Positions 47,640 through 61,008 are shown, counted from the first letter of the stretch. The stretch: DNA of 64,000 nucleotides from Octopus sinensis (GCF_006345805.1 NC_043011.1:66972464-67036463); one strand, 5' to 3'. The notes: a model not told the origin generated them from the sequence alone. Numbers and translations are program-made.

Positions 47640-50600
47640 CTGCTTCAGATAACTAGGAAGGGTTCCTGACTCGTTTCACCGTCTGCTTTCAATCTTGGAT
47701 TCTGATTCGGTTCAGCCCAAACTCTCTCAGATTTTGTCTGCTCTTGCCTGCACCAACAAGGATTGCAGCTGTTTTTGTTCCTGCTTTAAACTCAGATTTG
47801 TCCTAGAGCCCATAGAAGATTGTTTTTGGCCGACCATCTATCATGTCAGCTACCTACAAATCGAAACTGAGATCTGCGAGAAGGGCTTCTCATTAGGATG
47901 ATGGTCCTACCAACGGTCATCTCAACGAGCAGTTGCTGTTGCTCAAACAAGAGGTAGAGCACCTAAAGTCTGTTGTTGCTCATTTACTGAATAAACAGTC
48001 TCCTATTGACGCAGAGCCACCATTGATTTCTTCCCTGGAGACGTCCAAACCGAAGGGAACAAAATCGAAGCGGCCAAAGAAGGCGAAGGAACCGGCGGTC
48101 GTTTCCGCACATGATCGTTCCTGTGTGGATTCTTCCTCATCTGCCTTTTCGGTCCCGGAGGTTCCCCAACCTGAATTGAGGAGCGTAGACTCAAACCCAC
48201 CTGAAGACCGTTGTTCTCCCAAAAACGTAGTCAAAACTCCAGTAGGGAAGATTTAGCTACGAAACCTGCTCACGATAAAATCTGTTTGGATTCTCCCTCA
48301 CTTGTCCTTCCCATTAATGCCATTGCTCAACCAATTCTAAACGATCTTGATGTGAGTTCATCTGGGGAGTGGTGCTCCCCCAAACCGAAGAAGAGGCAGT
48401 GCAGTTCCAAACCAGGCGGGAAAGTTATGACCAATAAACCCATTCCAATCGACCCCAAAGGCCGACATAAGTCCGATGGCTATGAAACCACCCTTTCGAA
48501 ATCATCCAACGAAGAATCGAATGCCGCAGCTCATAGTAGAGAACAGAAAGGTCATTTTGCCCACTCAAGATCAGCAATCATTTATGGTAAAGCTGAATCC
48601 ACCTGTGATACAGGCATAAACTTCCTAAAAGAAGACATAAATTTTGTTTCCGTTTTAGTTGGAGAAATGTTCTTTGTCAACGAAAATGTCAGTATCCATA
48701 AGGTCGCTCGGCTAGGAAGATTCCAAGCAAACTGAACCTCAGACACTAGACCACGCCCAATAAGAGTAATCTTTTCTTCCGATCAGGAGGCTTCAACCTT
48801 TCTGAACAGAGCTCAGATGCATGCCTCGGAGGACTCCAATATGAGTTTTCGCGAGGAATACTCAATGAGAGAGAGAATTCGCCGGAGAAACCTAATATAC
48901 GAACTGAAGATGAGAAAACTGATGGGAGAAAAGGGTTTACGCATCCAAGATGGACAAATAATCAAGTCCTACCTCTGGTCCCATGCTGTAGTGCTGACAG
49001 GGAAAGTTAATTGAGGGCGAATCGAAGTAAAGTAGATACCCCCCGTCAATGATGCCATCTCTGATACCCCTTATTCTGCTTTTTCCCCAACTCCCGCCCC
49101 TCAAACTTCACAGCTCAACATCGTCTATACCAACTCGTGCTCCTTATTTCCAAAGTTCAGAGAACTATTTACATTGGCCATGCGTGATTCCCCTGATGTG
49201 ATAGCACCGAGACCTGGCTGACTCCAGCAGTAAAGGACTCAGAAATCCACCTACAGGGCTACGCCCTCTTCAGATGTGACAGAGAAAAAAGGCGAGGTGG
49301 AGGTGTTGCTGTGTATGTTAACTCTGATCTCAAACCGTCCAGCGGTATTCTACCCACTAATGCTCAACCTACAACAAAATGCGATGCAGTCTATTGCAAG
49401 CTGAGCCTATCCGGGTTTTGCCTGCCCGTGTTGGCTGTCTACAGGCCGCCTCTTGCCGACACCCAGGACAATGCGCATTTACTCGAAGCGATAAGATTCG
49501 TTTCAGCTTCTCATGTCTGTTTGATATTAGGAGACCTCAACGCTCCCACGATCGATTGGCCCGCATCAATTTGTACATCATCTTCCCGGTTGGGCCAGGC
49601 CCTTGACGTGGCTGAAGATTGTTTTCTATCGCAACATGTTGAATATCCAACAAGGCATCGGTCTGGGCAGCAGCCATCTATGCTGGATCTGGTATTCTCC
49701 CGCTATCCAAGATCAGTGTCAGACGTATCTGTGTGCGCCCCTCTTACCAAGAGTGATCATGCGGTCCTGAAGTTCGTCATGCACACAAATTTTTCTACGC
49801 CCACGACTACTTCGCTACAACGTAGAGTCTTCTCAGCAAGTAATCTTGAAATTCTAACCGAGGCTTCCGCGCTTCTGGACTGGCGATCCCTGATGACGTT
49901 GTCCTCAGTTGACGAACTATGGTCATCCCTCAAAGCATATTTAATCTGGTTGACTGACCAGGCAGTTCCCGTTGGGCTTTCTAAGAAGAAGAAACACAAG
50001 CCCTGGGTGACGAAGAAGGTTAAACGAGAACTTCGACTCAGAGATATTGCTTGGGCGGAATTCAAAAATCTGGATTCGACTGCAGCTTTTGAGGTGTACA
50101 AAGCTCAATGAGACCGAGCTATGAAAATTGAAAAGGAAGAACGCTTCAGATATGAATACAAAATCGCGGCAAAAGCCAAGAGCAACACAAAAACTTTCTT
50201 TGCCCATGTCCAACGGAATTTCCGCTTGAACAACCAAATTGCAACGTTGGTAGACTCAACAGTCGTATCGATTGAAGACCCTTGTAAACAGAGTCAATTA
50301 TTTGCCGAGGCTTTTTCAACTATTTTCAAACAAGATGATGGTCGTGAATCCCCTGCATTTGATAGATCGGTACTTCCAATGCGTCGATTGATCATCACGC
50401 GGGACGAAGTCGAACGCGCTATTCAAGGCCTCGATGTCAACAAGGGTCACGTCCCTCACGGCATGCACCCACGGTTTATCAAAGCGTTGGCTCCTGTCAT
50501 CTGCGAGCTCCTGTCATCTCAGATCGCTCCTTCCAAGTCCAAGTTAATGGTTCGCGATCCGACGTCTCCAGGCGAGTAGTGGCGTGCCTCAAGGTTCAGC

Positions 50601-51560
50601 GCTTGGGCCCTTATTGTTCTTAGTCTTCATAAATGACTTGCCCGACGACCTCACGCAACACACCCTTCTATTTGCCGACGATGTCAAACTGGTCGCTCCT
50701 CGCAGCGATATAGAGGATCTTCGTCGATGCCTCCACCTAATTTGGAAATGGTCTAACGAATGGGACCTGTGTCTGAACGTGTCAAAGTGCTGTCATCTGC
50801 CTGTTGGCTCTCCTCCTGCAACTAAACTTGATTTCGAGCCGGGTCGTCTGCTGCTGGAGAGGACCGACCAGGTAAAGGACCTGGGTATCTTGGTGGAGTC
50901 TTCCTTTTCGCCTTCGGCCCAGTGCGTTCATGCTGACAACAAAGCACACGGAGTTCTGTTTGTGATTCGGCGGTCATTCGGAATGCTCACAGCAGCCATA
51001 TTCCTACCGCTCTATGTCACGCTGGTGAGACCCATATTGGAGTACGGGATTCAAGCCTCTTCTCCTTATCTCCTCAAAGACATACAGCATCCCGAAAGAG
51101 TCCAGAAGCTGGCTACCCGCATGGTTCTTGGTCTCTAGATTTGTCTTATGAAGAAAGGCTGAAGACTCTCGACCTTTATTCTCTAGGAAAACGACGACGC
51201 CGTGGATATCTCATTCTTGCTCACAACATCATAAGCGGAAAGTGTAACCTCTCGAAAGAGCTGTTCTTCACTCCTGCTGCAGGGCGTCGGTTACGGGGTC
51301 ATTCCGAAAAGCTCTATCTGCGACGACTTCATCTCAATCGAAGGAGAGGGGCATTCTCCGTCTGGGTAGCGTATCCGTGGAATAAGCTGCCAGAAGAGAT
51401 GGTGAAGATGCCGACGACCGCTCGGTTCAAAGTCTCCCTTGACCTCAAGTGGCCTGAACTCTTTACATGAACACCACCCTGTACATAACTCCATGTCCCC
51501 CTACATGGCCTTGCTTTTTGCTTTTTGAGCCCCAAAATTAACTAACTAACTAACTAACTA
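47640..51560 (+). mobile_element. Near-full-length CR1-like LINE, inactivated
   Basis: ORF1 remnants (Cys-rich start, coiled coil, RLGRF...RPRPIRVIF); APE (TETWL, RGGGVAVYV, ILGDLN, SDHAVL); RT (GVPQGSALGP, LFADDVKL); CR1-type C-terminus (RRRRG.LI, LRGHSEKL); (AACT)n tail at 51539-51560. Confidence 0.93.
49110..51470 (+). pseudogene. CR1 ORF2 (APE endonuclease and RT), with frameshifts, stops and a deletion of the N-terminal RT subdomains
   Basis: Pieces 49311-50111, 50121-50579, 50584-51138, 51141-51470. At ~50515 LAPVICELL runs directly into SDRSFQVQVNG...SGVPQG. Confidence 0.9.
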
Positions 51561-51914
51561 TCTACAACTATTCTGAACATCAGACGTTCAGATGCATTAA
51601 CGCTTTTACTGCGGAAATCACATCATATTTGTTCACTCGAAATGTTATCAAGCTTAAATGCAGAAAGTAATTTTATAGAACAATCTACATTTTCCTGACG
51701 AATGTCATTTGAAACTCGGTCTTGTTGAGATATGTCAAGTTTATTGTGGCAAAGTAAGCGCAGAAATACCAATTCTGGTTTTGCTAGATATTTAATATCA
51801 TTACAGGAATAAGAATGGAATTTAATTTGGCGTTTGAAGGGATGAAATTGGTAAAATCAATTTACAGTCACCGACTGTCACTTCCTGTTTTATATACATA
51901 ACTGTATATGTGGA

Positions 51915-52230
51915 ATCTTCGGCAAGTGCCTACTACTATAGTCTCAGGCCGACCAAAGCCTTGTGAGTGGATTTGGTAGATGGACACTGAAAGACGTCCG
52001 TCGTATATATATATATGGCCCAGTGGTTAGGGCAGCGGACTTGCGGTCGGAGGATCGCGGTTTCGATTCCCAGACCGGGCGTTGTGTGTGTTTATTGAGC
52101 GAAAACACCTAAAAGCTCCACGAGGCTCCGGCAGGGGATGGTGGTGATCCCTGCTGTACTCTTTCACCACTCTAAAGGCGGTGCTCCAGCATGGCCGCAG
52201 TCAAATGACTGAAACGAGTACAAAAAAAAA

Positions 52231-52273
<43 letters not shown>

Positions 52274-52274
52274 A

Positions 52275-52318
<44 letters not shown>

Positions 52319-52590
52319 GTATATATATTCATGTGTGCATGTGTGCATGTGTCCTTGTGTCTGTGTCCTTTCCCGCTCCCCGACCATCACAAGACAACCG
52401 ATGGGGAAGTGTTTATGTCCAGTAACTGGGTGGTTCGGCTTAAGACACCGCTAAAATAAGTACTAGAATAAGTACTAGAATGACAAAGAATAAGTCCTGG
52501 GTCGATTTTCTGCGACTAAAAAACCGTTATGGCGACGCTCCGGCATGGCCGCACTCAAACGACTGAAAGGTATAAAAGAATAAAAGAATA
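51915..52590 (+). mobile_element. Composite of old SINE pieces with a nested younger SINE
   Basis: Old-family core at 51950-52005; tails at 52173-52220 and 52480-52590. Confidence 0.8.
52016..52172 (+). mobile_element. Young tRNA-derived SINE head with intact Pol III boxes
   Basis: A box TGGCCCAGTGG (52016-52026) and B box GGTTTCGATTCC (52059-52070); inserted in a (TA)n tract. Confidence 0.85.
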
Positions 52591-53560
52591 AAAGAATATA
52601 TATATATATAACACAAAAACGAAAAAGATGCGAAGATGAGGTAGAGATGAGAACCAAAACTTCGGCAGTATTAGTTTAAAATTACGAGCATACTTTATAG
52701 TAGAAAATGGAAAGATGAGAGAAAAAGAGATGAAAGAACAAACTTAGACGGTCACTACAAGAAATAAACAAGAGAGAGAGAGAGAGAGAGAGCAAAAGAG
52801 AGAAAATAGATGCAGAGAAGAGGAGAGGAAGATGTTTAAAATTATGTTGATCCTTTGGTGCTTAAACAGGAAAATGACTTCAAGAATACAGCACCACAGT
52901 CATTGCAAGGAGCCAGAGAATGATAACTATCCTTCCAACACAACATTTTGTCTGCTTCCAAAGCATTCAAAGAGCCGCTATTTCCTTATCATGTACTTGG
53001 GATTCTCCTACTGCCTCATTGAGAGGCTGGATGTGCTTGTGTGGCCCCAGTAGATTTCGATGAAAACCGTGACAAACTACGCAATAATTCATTAAGGGAC
53101 ACCAGTGTTACTCAATGGACTAATAATGGATTTAACCTTATTAGTCTATATGGCATGTAAATACCATGGAAATTACTGTAATATCCAGACTCCGCAAGTA
53201 AAATGAAATACCAGTGATACAATAGAGCTAAATACGCAAAATTGTATAACAGAAAAATGTAAGTTTTAAGGCAGGCGTTTTCTTTTTTTTTTTTTCATAC
53301 TTGTTTCAGACATTGAACTGCAGTCAAGCTGCAGCCTCAGCTTGCATGTTTCGTCGATCAAACCGAACCAATTAACTTAATTTAAATCTGGTTCTCCTCT
53401 TGTTGCAGGATTTAAACGAAGCGATAATTTGCAGAGTCATAAACAAAATAAAAACAGCTGTCAATAGTTGAGAGGACAACAACAAACACACACACATACA
53501 CTGAGAAGGGCACACATACTGTTGATTTCTTTTATCGTTAGATTATATCGCTACATCATA

Positions 53561-53690
53561 TACATACATACATACATACATACATACATACATACATACA
53601 TACATACATACATACATACATACATACATACATACATACATACATACATACATACATACATACATGCATACATGCATACATACATACATA
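53561..53690. repeat. (CATA)n microsatellite
   Basis: ~32 units. Confidence 0.95.
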
Positions 53691-53747
53691 AAGATACATT
53701 AAGGAAATCAAGGTTAGGGTTAACCTTGATTTCCTTAATGTATCTTT
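53690..53747. repeat. Perfect 27-bp hairpin with a 4-nt loop
   Basis: AAAGATACATTAAGGAAATCAAGGTTA-GGGT-TAACCTTGATTTCCTTAATGTATCTTT. Confidence 0.95.
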
Positions 53748-54325
53748 CTCTGCTGCTAACTTAAACCCCTTTTACAGCTTTCCGTATCTCTCCCTTCCCT
53801 AAATTCCTGCTATAAATTCTGATGGCTTTCATTTGAAAGTAAGGTCTGGTCAGCTTCACAGTCTCCTAAGAATTTAGTGTTCCACCCACACTGACCTAAA
53901 TCTTCTGTCACCACAGAAATAGATTGACCCTTTGTTCTAGTGTCAATCTGTTTTGTCTTTTTACATCTCCTAAATTTTTTCGCCTTCTTTTCTTCAACTA
54001 ACTTGATTCCTTAACCTGCCCTTACTACCATTCTTATAACTAAGGAAATTTTTATTACAACAGTTAGTTGTGAACTTAATTTTGGTCTGTTTGGCATCCT
54101 ACTTCATGTTCCTGAAATTCATATCTACATCTTTATCAGTATATTTACCTTCTCTAGGATGTTACTAATTGATTTGAGAACTTTATATTATTGGAAAACC
54201 TATATGAAATTAGCTGAAGATTACTTGACATATTATATCTGCTGTAATATTTACAGCTTTAATAAAATGTTATAGTATGAAACAATTGTACTAAATTACC
54301 GGATCCATTCTTGTTGCTTTTTTTG

Positions 54326-54383
<58 letters not shown>

Positions 54384-54387
54384 TATA

Positions 54388-55943
54388 CAGTTGCGGCCAA
54401 AATGTTCAGAACGACAATGTTTTCGTCAGAAAAGTAGGTATAATTTTTTATCGAAGTTGTTTTATATTCTATAATTTTCACGGACAATGAATACAATGTT
54501 ATTTGGTATTAAGCGGATAATACAAAAGTTATGGATGATTTAATGATTTACTGCAAAACCTATAGCGGCCAAAAGGATCAGAACGGTTGAAAAAATAACA
54601 AAATAATCAAAAATGACAGAGAATACTGAAATTATTTAATATTTAGTGTGAAGCCCTTTAGCTTCAATCACACTTTGACATCTTCGACTGCATGAGGAAA
54701 TTAAATTTTCAATTTCTTGCTGGGTGATCTTATTCCATTCTTCCTGAAGGGCTTTCCATAATTGCTTGGTTGTTTTAGGATTTCTGGCTTTCGAACGTTC
54801 TCCTAGAATATTCCACAGATTTTCAATAGGATTGAGATCTGAGCTTTGAGCAGGCCAATCCATAACAACAACCTTTTCAGCCTTGAGGAAGTTCATGACC
54901 ACCTTAGCCTTGCGACATGGAGCATTGTCCTGCATCAATATGGGTGGTCGCTTGGTTGAATTTCTCAGCACAGGCAACACATGATCTTTTACAAGGGCCC
55001 ACTCCATCTCCAGATATCATCCGCCAAACCATGACACTTCTTCCACCGAATTTAACACTAGTCTTAAGGCATTTAGGCGACAATTTTTCACCTACTTTTC
55101 GACGAACGTACCTTTTCCCATCTGAGCCATATAACATAAACTAAGATTCATCACGGAAATGCACCGTTTGCCATTTTTCTTGAGACCACAACACATGTTC
55201 GGTTGCAAAGGTAAGACGACACTTCTTATTCTTGGAGATGATCAGTGGCTTTACTGCAGGTGCTCTTGCTTGTAGGTCATGTTCAACTAAACGACGAGAC
55301 ACAGTTTTTCGAGATAAAGTTTTCTTCAATACAATGCTCATTTTCCGAGAAACAGCAGCAGGAGTTTTAAATCTGTCCTTTTTCACCAACTTTACCATAG
55401 CACGATCTTCTCTCTTGGTCGTTTTTCTTGGCCTACCTGTAGACGTTCTAGCTTCACACGAGCCACAATCATTGTAGACCATAAGAATACCGTGAACAGC
55501 ACTTTTTGACTTGTTAACAATCTTTGCAATAGATTCAATACTTAAATTATCCTTCTTTCGAAGCTTATTATCTGCTGACGAATTTGTAACGGAGTAAGTG
55601 GCATTATATTAAGAAAGTACACTGCAGATATTCTTACTAATGTTTAGTAAACGAATCATCACGTAAATAAATTCAAAACATTAGAGTTCGTCGATTAAAT
55701 ATACTAAAACACGGAGTAAAAGCAACCGTTCTGATCCTTTTGGCCGCCATAGGTTTTGCAGTAAATCACTAACTCATCGATAACTTTTGTATTATCCTCT
55801 CAAATTACACCAAAATCTCAGACAATCACAATTAATATTGTATTTATTTTCTGTGAAAGGTATAGAATATAAAACAACTTTGACAAAAACGTATACCTAT
55901 TTTTCTGGCGAAAACAATGCCGTTCTGGACATTTTGGCCGCAA

Positions 55944-55946
<3 letters not shown>
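54388..55946 (-). mobile_element. Tc1 (DD34E) transposon with long IR-DR-type TIRs, decayed transposase
   Basis: >200-bp TIRs starting CAGTTGCGGCCAAAATG, each with two GCGGCCAAAA....CAGAACG direct repeats. QDNAPC...WPAQSSDLNPIE has 34-residue spacing; (TA)n on both sides. Confidence 0.96.
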
Positions 55947-56009
<63 letters not shown>

Positions 56010-56010
<1 letters not shown>

Positions 56011-56240
56011 AGTAAAAGATATATGTATGTATGTATATGTTTGTGTGTCTGTATCTACCCAACATCTCTTGACAACCGATGCTGGTGTGTTTACGTCCCC
56101 GTCAATTAGCGGTTCGGCAAGAGAGACCGATAGAATAAGTACTTGGCATTACACAGAAAAAGTTATCGCGTCGATTTGCTCCATTAAATCGGTGCACCAG
56201 CATGGCCGCAGTCAAATGACTGAAATAAATAAAAACAAAA
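56010..56240 (+). mobile_element. 3' half of octopus-type SINE
   Basis: TTGACAACCGATGCTGGTGTGTTTACGTCCCCG...GCATGGCCGCAGTCAAATGACTGAAA. Confidence 0.8.
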
Positions 56241-56296
56241 AAGAAAGAAATATTATTTCTGAATCTCTAAGAGGTATACAGTAGCAGATTTTTAAA

Positions 56297-56656
56297 GTAA
56301 AGGCTATTTGCCAACATAATGAGCATGTCTATACGACACGATATCTGTGTCCATATGCTTTGGAGCACGAATTTCAGTACTCCCATCTACCGCATTACAT
56401 CTGTAGACCGGTTTCCGGGTTATTGAACTTTATCAGCACAGAGTAACTGCTTGGATAGGTGACGTTGTTGAATTCACCGTTCGAATATATAGTTTTCAAA
56501 GTGACACACAGTTACTGATCTAATAAAATTAAAACATTATTATTCCTAAATCTCTCAATAGGAGATATTCAGTAACAGTTCTGCAAGGTAAAGGCTATTT
56601 GGCAACATAACGTGAATGTCCTGGAAGGGACGATGTTACGTTGGCAAATAGCCTTT
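56297..56656. repeat. MITE-like segment with three copies of a 22-bp motif (two direct, one inverted)
   Basis: GTAAAGGCTATTTG(C/G)CAACATAA at 56297 and 56588; reverse complement at ~56636-56656. Confidence 0.8.
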
Positions 56657-57374
56657 TCTTATATATATATGTGTGTGTGTGTGGAGGAGAGAGTGAAGAA
56701 GAGAGAGAGAGAGAGAGGGATGGAGAGAGAGAGGAAGAGAGAGAGAGGGGAAGGGATAGAGTGATGTGGTGAGTTTCTATATTAATTTTATTTAAACGGT
56801 TTAGTCATCCTGGGACTATAGTATATGTCTATAGCCAAGATGCCATGCAGACTGAACCGGAAACATCTGCCTGAAAAGCAAATTTTTAAAACACACTGTC
56901 GGCCTTGCACCTCTAAAGGTTTCCCATTTAAATGCTCACTTGACGTTGCTAAACTTCAATAAACGAAGGAATGATGTTTTCAACGTCGTATTAAAACCAT
57001 CAAATATCAATTTATAGGAGTCATTTCAAGATATGATCAGTAATATGTGCAATGGAAGATGTATAGAATTTATTGTTTCACAAAAAAACCTATTAAATAT
57101 ATATAACGTATATTTATTCCAACATTAATATTTATATATTTGCAATAACATCAGCACAAACGCAGTCGCAAATATTGATTGAAAACTGATCTGTAAAGAG
57201 AAAAGAAATATATTAATTCAAACATCGATATTTACAGGTATTTAATGTACAATAAACAATCTATTTTTACTCCATATACTTTCATATTGATTATTATTTT
57301 TGAATTAACGTTGCATCTAAACTATATTGATGTAAGTGCACTACGTTGACATCGCATCTGCTATTTCAGTGACA

Positions 57375-57761
57375 TCTCTCTCTATATAAACGGCAGTTTG
57401 TCTCTGTGTGTTTCTGTGTGTCTGTTAGGTTGTACCCTCACCCTGACCACGGCTTTCAACCGATTCTGATGAAACTTGACACACACATAGCCCAATGTCA
57501 TAATTCAAAGCTAACGCAGCGAAAATTTTGAAAAGTTCCCCCAGTTCTGAAAAAAATCGATAAATTCGACATGGGGTCGAGAATCAGAAACACAAACCAC
57601 AAACTGTCTAGGGCGCAACTCCACCTTTTTAACTCTCGAAAAAAAAAATTTACCATCATTTTTTTTTTCCATTTTTTTGCTATTTTTTGGCTATAACTCT
57701 CTAAAATTGCTTTATAGTTATTTCCCTTACAAACCCGAGCAACGCCGGGCGATACTGCTAG
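57375..57761 (+). mobile_element. Non-autonomous Helitron
   Basis: Inserted between A and T; 5' TC(TC)TATATAAA; internal AACCGATTCTGATGAAACTT; subterminal hairpin CCCGAGCAACGCCGGG; 3' CTAG. Confidence 0.9.
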
Positions 57762-57879
57762 TCTTACATATTACGATCCTCTCATATTATTAACGCAGGA
57801 ATGACTAATGATTTTTCGGGTATGATTGAAGTATTTTATTAATATCCATTGTCAAATTGTGAGTCTACTTATATGTGAA

Positions 57880-59150
57880 CAATCTTAATGAAGCTTTCCC
57901 GTTTACGCAGTTCTTATGAATTTGTATTAAAGCGGCGTTCTGTTTATAATGCAGGAAATTATTGCCATGTAAGTTAATAAAGCTATATTAATCCTTAATA
58001 GCCTCTCATAATAGCAGAAGACGCTTATATCAATGTGTTACTACAATACTGGAGATCATCTATTGCAGAGAATACAGGATATATGTTTTATCGTCAACAT
58101 ATTTATTGGAATTCATCCGTGAACCAACTCATTATTAATATTTTAGCACAATAATATCCTAATAATGGTAAGAATAATTGTAACGATGCAAACATATATG
58201 GCGTATTTAATTAAATAATATATCCTTTTTTGGATCAGTAAATATCGATGCACACTTCATCCTTCTATGAATAATGGAATGTAGATATCCAGCCTTCGTG
58301 GCTTTCTATCCAAAGAATTTTCCAACCCAATATTTACGTGTTATTACATGTAGCTTTATGTGCCCTACAGTTCCTAAAGAGAATTATTTCATGTTCCCGC
58401 GTACAATTATAAATTACGATGAATAACAGACCATATTAGGAACCTATAAGATGATGGTTGTTTGTAGAGCTGGATGTTAATTTATTATTGAATGGTAATT
58501 TTACTTCCATTATTCGGCCAAATGTCTCACAGCTATCATAAAAATACTGTAGTAGTATCATATTAAAATGTGAGATATCATTCACATTGAATCACTAATG
58601 CAGTTGTAAATAATGTAAAGGAGTTACGTACCCTATATTCATTTCTAGAGTTTTTATAACGACGGCTATGCTGAAAACAAAAACATAAACCTACGTATGT
58701 ATTTTGAATTTTAAATCCGAAAGAAAATTCAATGTATCATAGAACGGAAAATAATTGTACAAAACAAAAGAACGTTAAAAATCCAATCCCAGTACGTCTT
58801 GTTCAACATAACAAATATAAGGAATAGATTGTATAAGCAAAATGAACAAAAAATATTTTGTGTCTCTGATAGTGAACATTGCGTTTCGTCATATTGTGCT
58901 GAGATTGCTCAAAATAAGTATTTGACTGCGACCTTTTACATAGAATGTAAGAGAATCACATATATGTATATAAAAGCGGAACTGTGCTGAACGTATTACC
59001 ACCCACAGAAGTCTACAACAAAGCCGTACCTAATGCACAAAATCGCTTTATCAACAAGTAGTTTCAATTAGAAGCGGACCTAAAGCGGAATACACGTAAC
59101 ACGATAGGAAAGGCTAATACATTCAATATGAATTTAACAAACACAAATGC
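57880..59150 (+). pseudogene. Decayed coding-like unit, copy 6
   Basis: Anchors ATAATAGCA, CTACAATA, GTTTTATCGTCAA (58085), TGTAACGATGCAAACATAT and CATGTAGCT (58347), colinear with copy 1. Confidence 0.45.
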
Positions 59151-60618
59151 ATAGTTTCGTGTCTTTCAGTTTAAATTGCCTTAAGTAGTTACTGTATGAA
59201 AATCACTGATTGGACGGAATGGAACAAGTAAGATTCCAAATGCGTAAGTCTCACTTAGACCAGAGGAGTTTAACTGATTTAAGACAGAGGATTATTTCAC
59301 CATGGAGAGTATACGAATGAGAGGGACTGGGGCGTACATCGAACCATCAAGTACTGCAGGTTGATTTACCTTCCATCATCATTCTATATAAGTCTCGTTA
59401 GAATCAGGAGTTCTAATATTGACAAAAGTAGTCATTTACGTTATAAAACGATAATTCAGCTCAACGAAATGTCAATGGGATAAGGATATAAACGTGAAAC
59501 ATCAAGTGATAAGAACATTATATTATATGTAATATACGCGATATCAGTCAATAATAGTGACTGATGTCACATAAAGGGATCTTCTTTTCCTGTTGTCGCT
59601 GAAGAGAACAAAGGAGTGCGAAATTCCCCCATATACAGGCCGCACTGGGGTGACTATGGTGTTGTGCCATCTTCTTCGTCGTACGCTATATTTTTTTCTT
59701 CATGACTCTGTGTATTGAAAATACGTTTACTGGTTCAAACATCCGTCATATATATTTGGAATAGTAAAAATACTGTTTACTTTCAATCAGTGCAATGCGT
59801 GTGTAGCCGTGAGATATTCCCTCCCTGGTGACCAATATGCACTGTCCGTACGTTATATTGACCAATTTCTCATAATCGGGTGTGATTCACCTTTAATGGC
59901 ACATAGAACTGAAGAGAACTAAGAGTTTGAAACACACCCATTAGTCCAATAGAAAGCGCTGGTGTCTGTTTATAGTATTTAACAGTTTGTCGTAAGCGAT
60001 TATTAATTTTTCCTCATTCACTTTAGCAAAAACATTTTAGGGTTTAAATACCATTGAATCTATTTTAACGATTGTTAAATTTATTTCTACCGCTTAGAAT
60101 TCTGCTGCATGACCAAATTTTTATTGTAAGTGAAGTAATAAGGATTTCTTACCCCACACCTTTTCCGGTAGAGTTTATCGAAGAATTCGGAACAAACGGT
60201 TATTGCTTCAATACACGGGTCATGCGTTCTTAAACGTCTACAATTTGAATTGATCAGGAAGTATAATCACAATAAAATTCAAATCCTTCCGTCAATATAT
60301 ATTCTTATTTTCTGAGGTCAAATTCTTTCTAGCTCAATTTTGATTTACTCGATTTATGGGCTTATAAATTAAGTACAACTCATCTTGTAAAGCAGCGTAT
60401 TCAATTTATTACATATTTCAGCCAAAATGCAGTGCATAGGCCTTAGCTGTTGGTCCTATATTTACAAATTGAGAAAAAAATACGTTGTGCACAACAGATC
60501 GTAGCATTCAACATTACTTCATTGCTTGCTACACTCACATGTTTTCACACTTATTAGACTGATAACTGCAAGTCACATGCAGAGTGATAGGTCTATAATT
60601 GACAATACATCTACACAT

Positions 60619-61008
60619 ATAGGCGTAGGATTGGCTCGTGGTTCCGGTTTCAGTCCCACTGCGTGGCACCTTTCGCAAGAGTCTTCTACTGTGGCCCCGG
60701 CCGACCAAATCCTCACGAGTCGATTTGGTAGATGGAAACTGAAAGAAGCCCGTCGTGTATATATCTATATAAAAATATATATATAGATATATATGTGTAT
60801 ATGTTTGTGTGTCTGTGTTTATCTCCCCAACATCGCTTGACAAGCGATGCTGGTGTGTTTACGTCCCCGTAACTTAGCGGTACGGTATAAGAGACCGATA
60901 GATTAAGTACTAGGCCTACAAAGAATAAGTCCTGAGGTCGATTTGCTCGACTAAAGGCGGTGCTCCTGCATGGCGAGTCACATGACTGAAACAAGTAAAA
61001 GAATAAAA
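60619..61008 (+). mobile_element. Full-length octopus-type SINE
   Basis: Same head, core and tail as 28246-28652. Confidence 0.88.

Noticed and set aside
52016-52085. Possible tRNA gene
   Set aside because: The acceptor stem does not close and the sequence continues into a SINE body. It is a tRNA-derived SINE head.
52850-53050. CpG-poor, exon-like segment with a TM-like peptide on the minus strand (RIVIILWLLAMTVVLYS)
   Set aside because: Stops on both sides, no convincing splice pair and no homology recognised.
57455-57480. CTGATGAAAC inside the Helitron
   Set aside because: Part of a common Helitron internal motif; there is no stem II between CUGAUGA and GAAA.
59878-59945. CTGAAGA-GAACT[AAG]AGTTT-GAAAC hammerhead-like core
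   Set aside because: No stem I can be formed in type I or type III topology, and the U16.1 position is not satisfied. Probably chance or too decayed.
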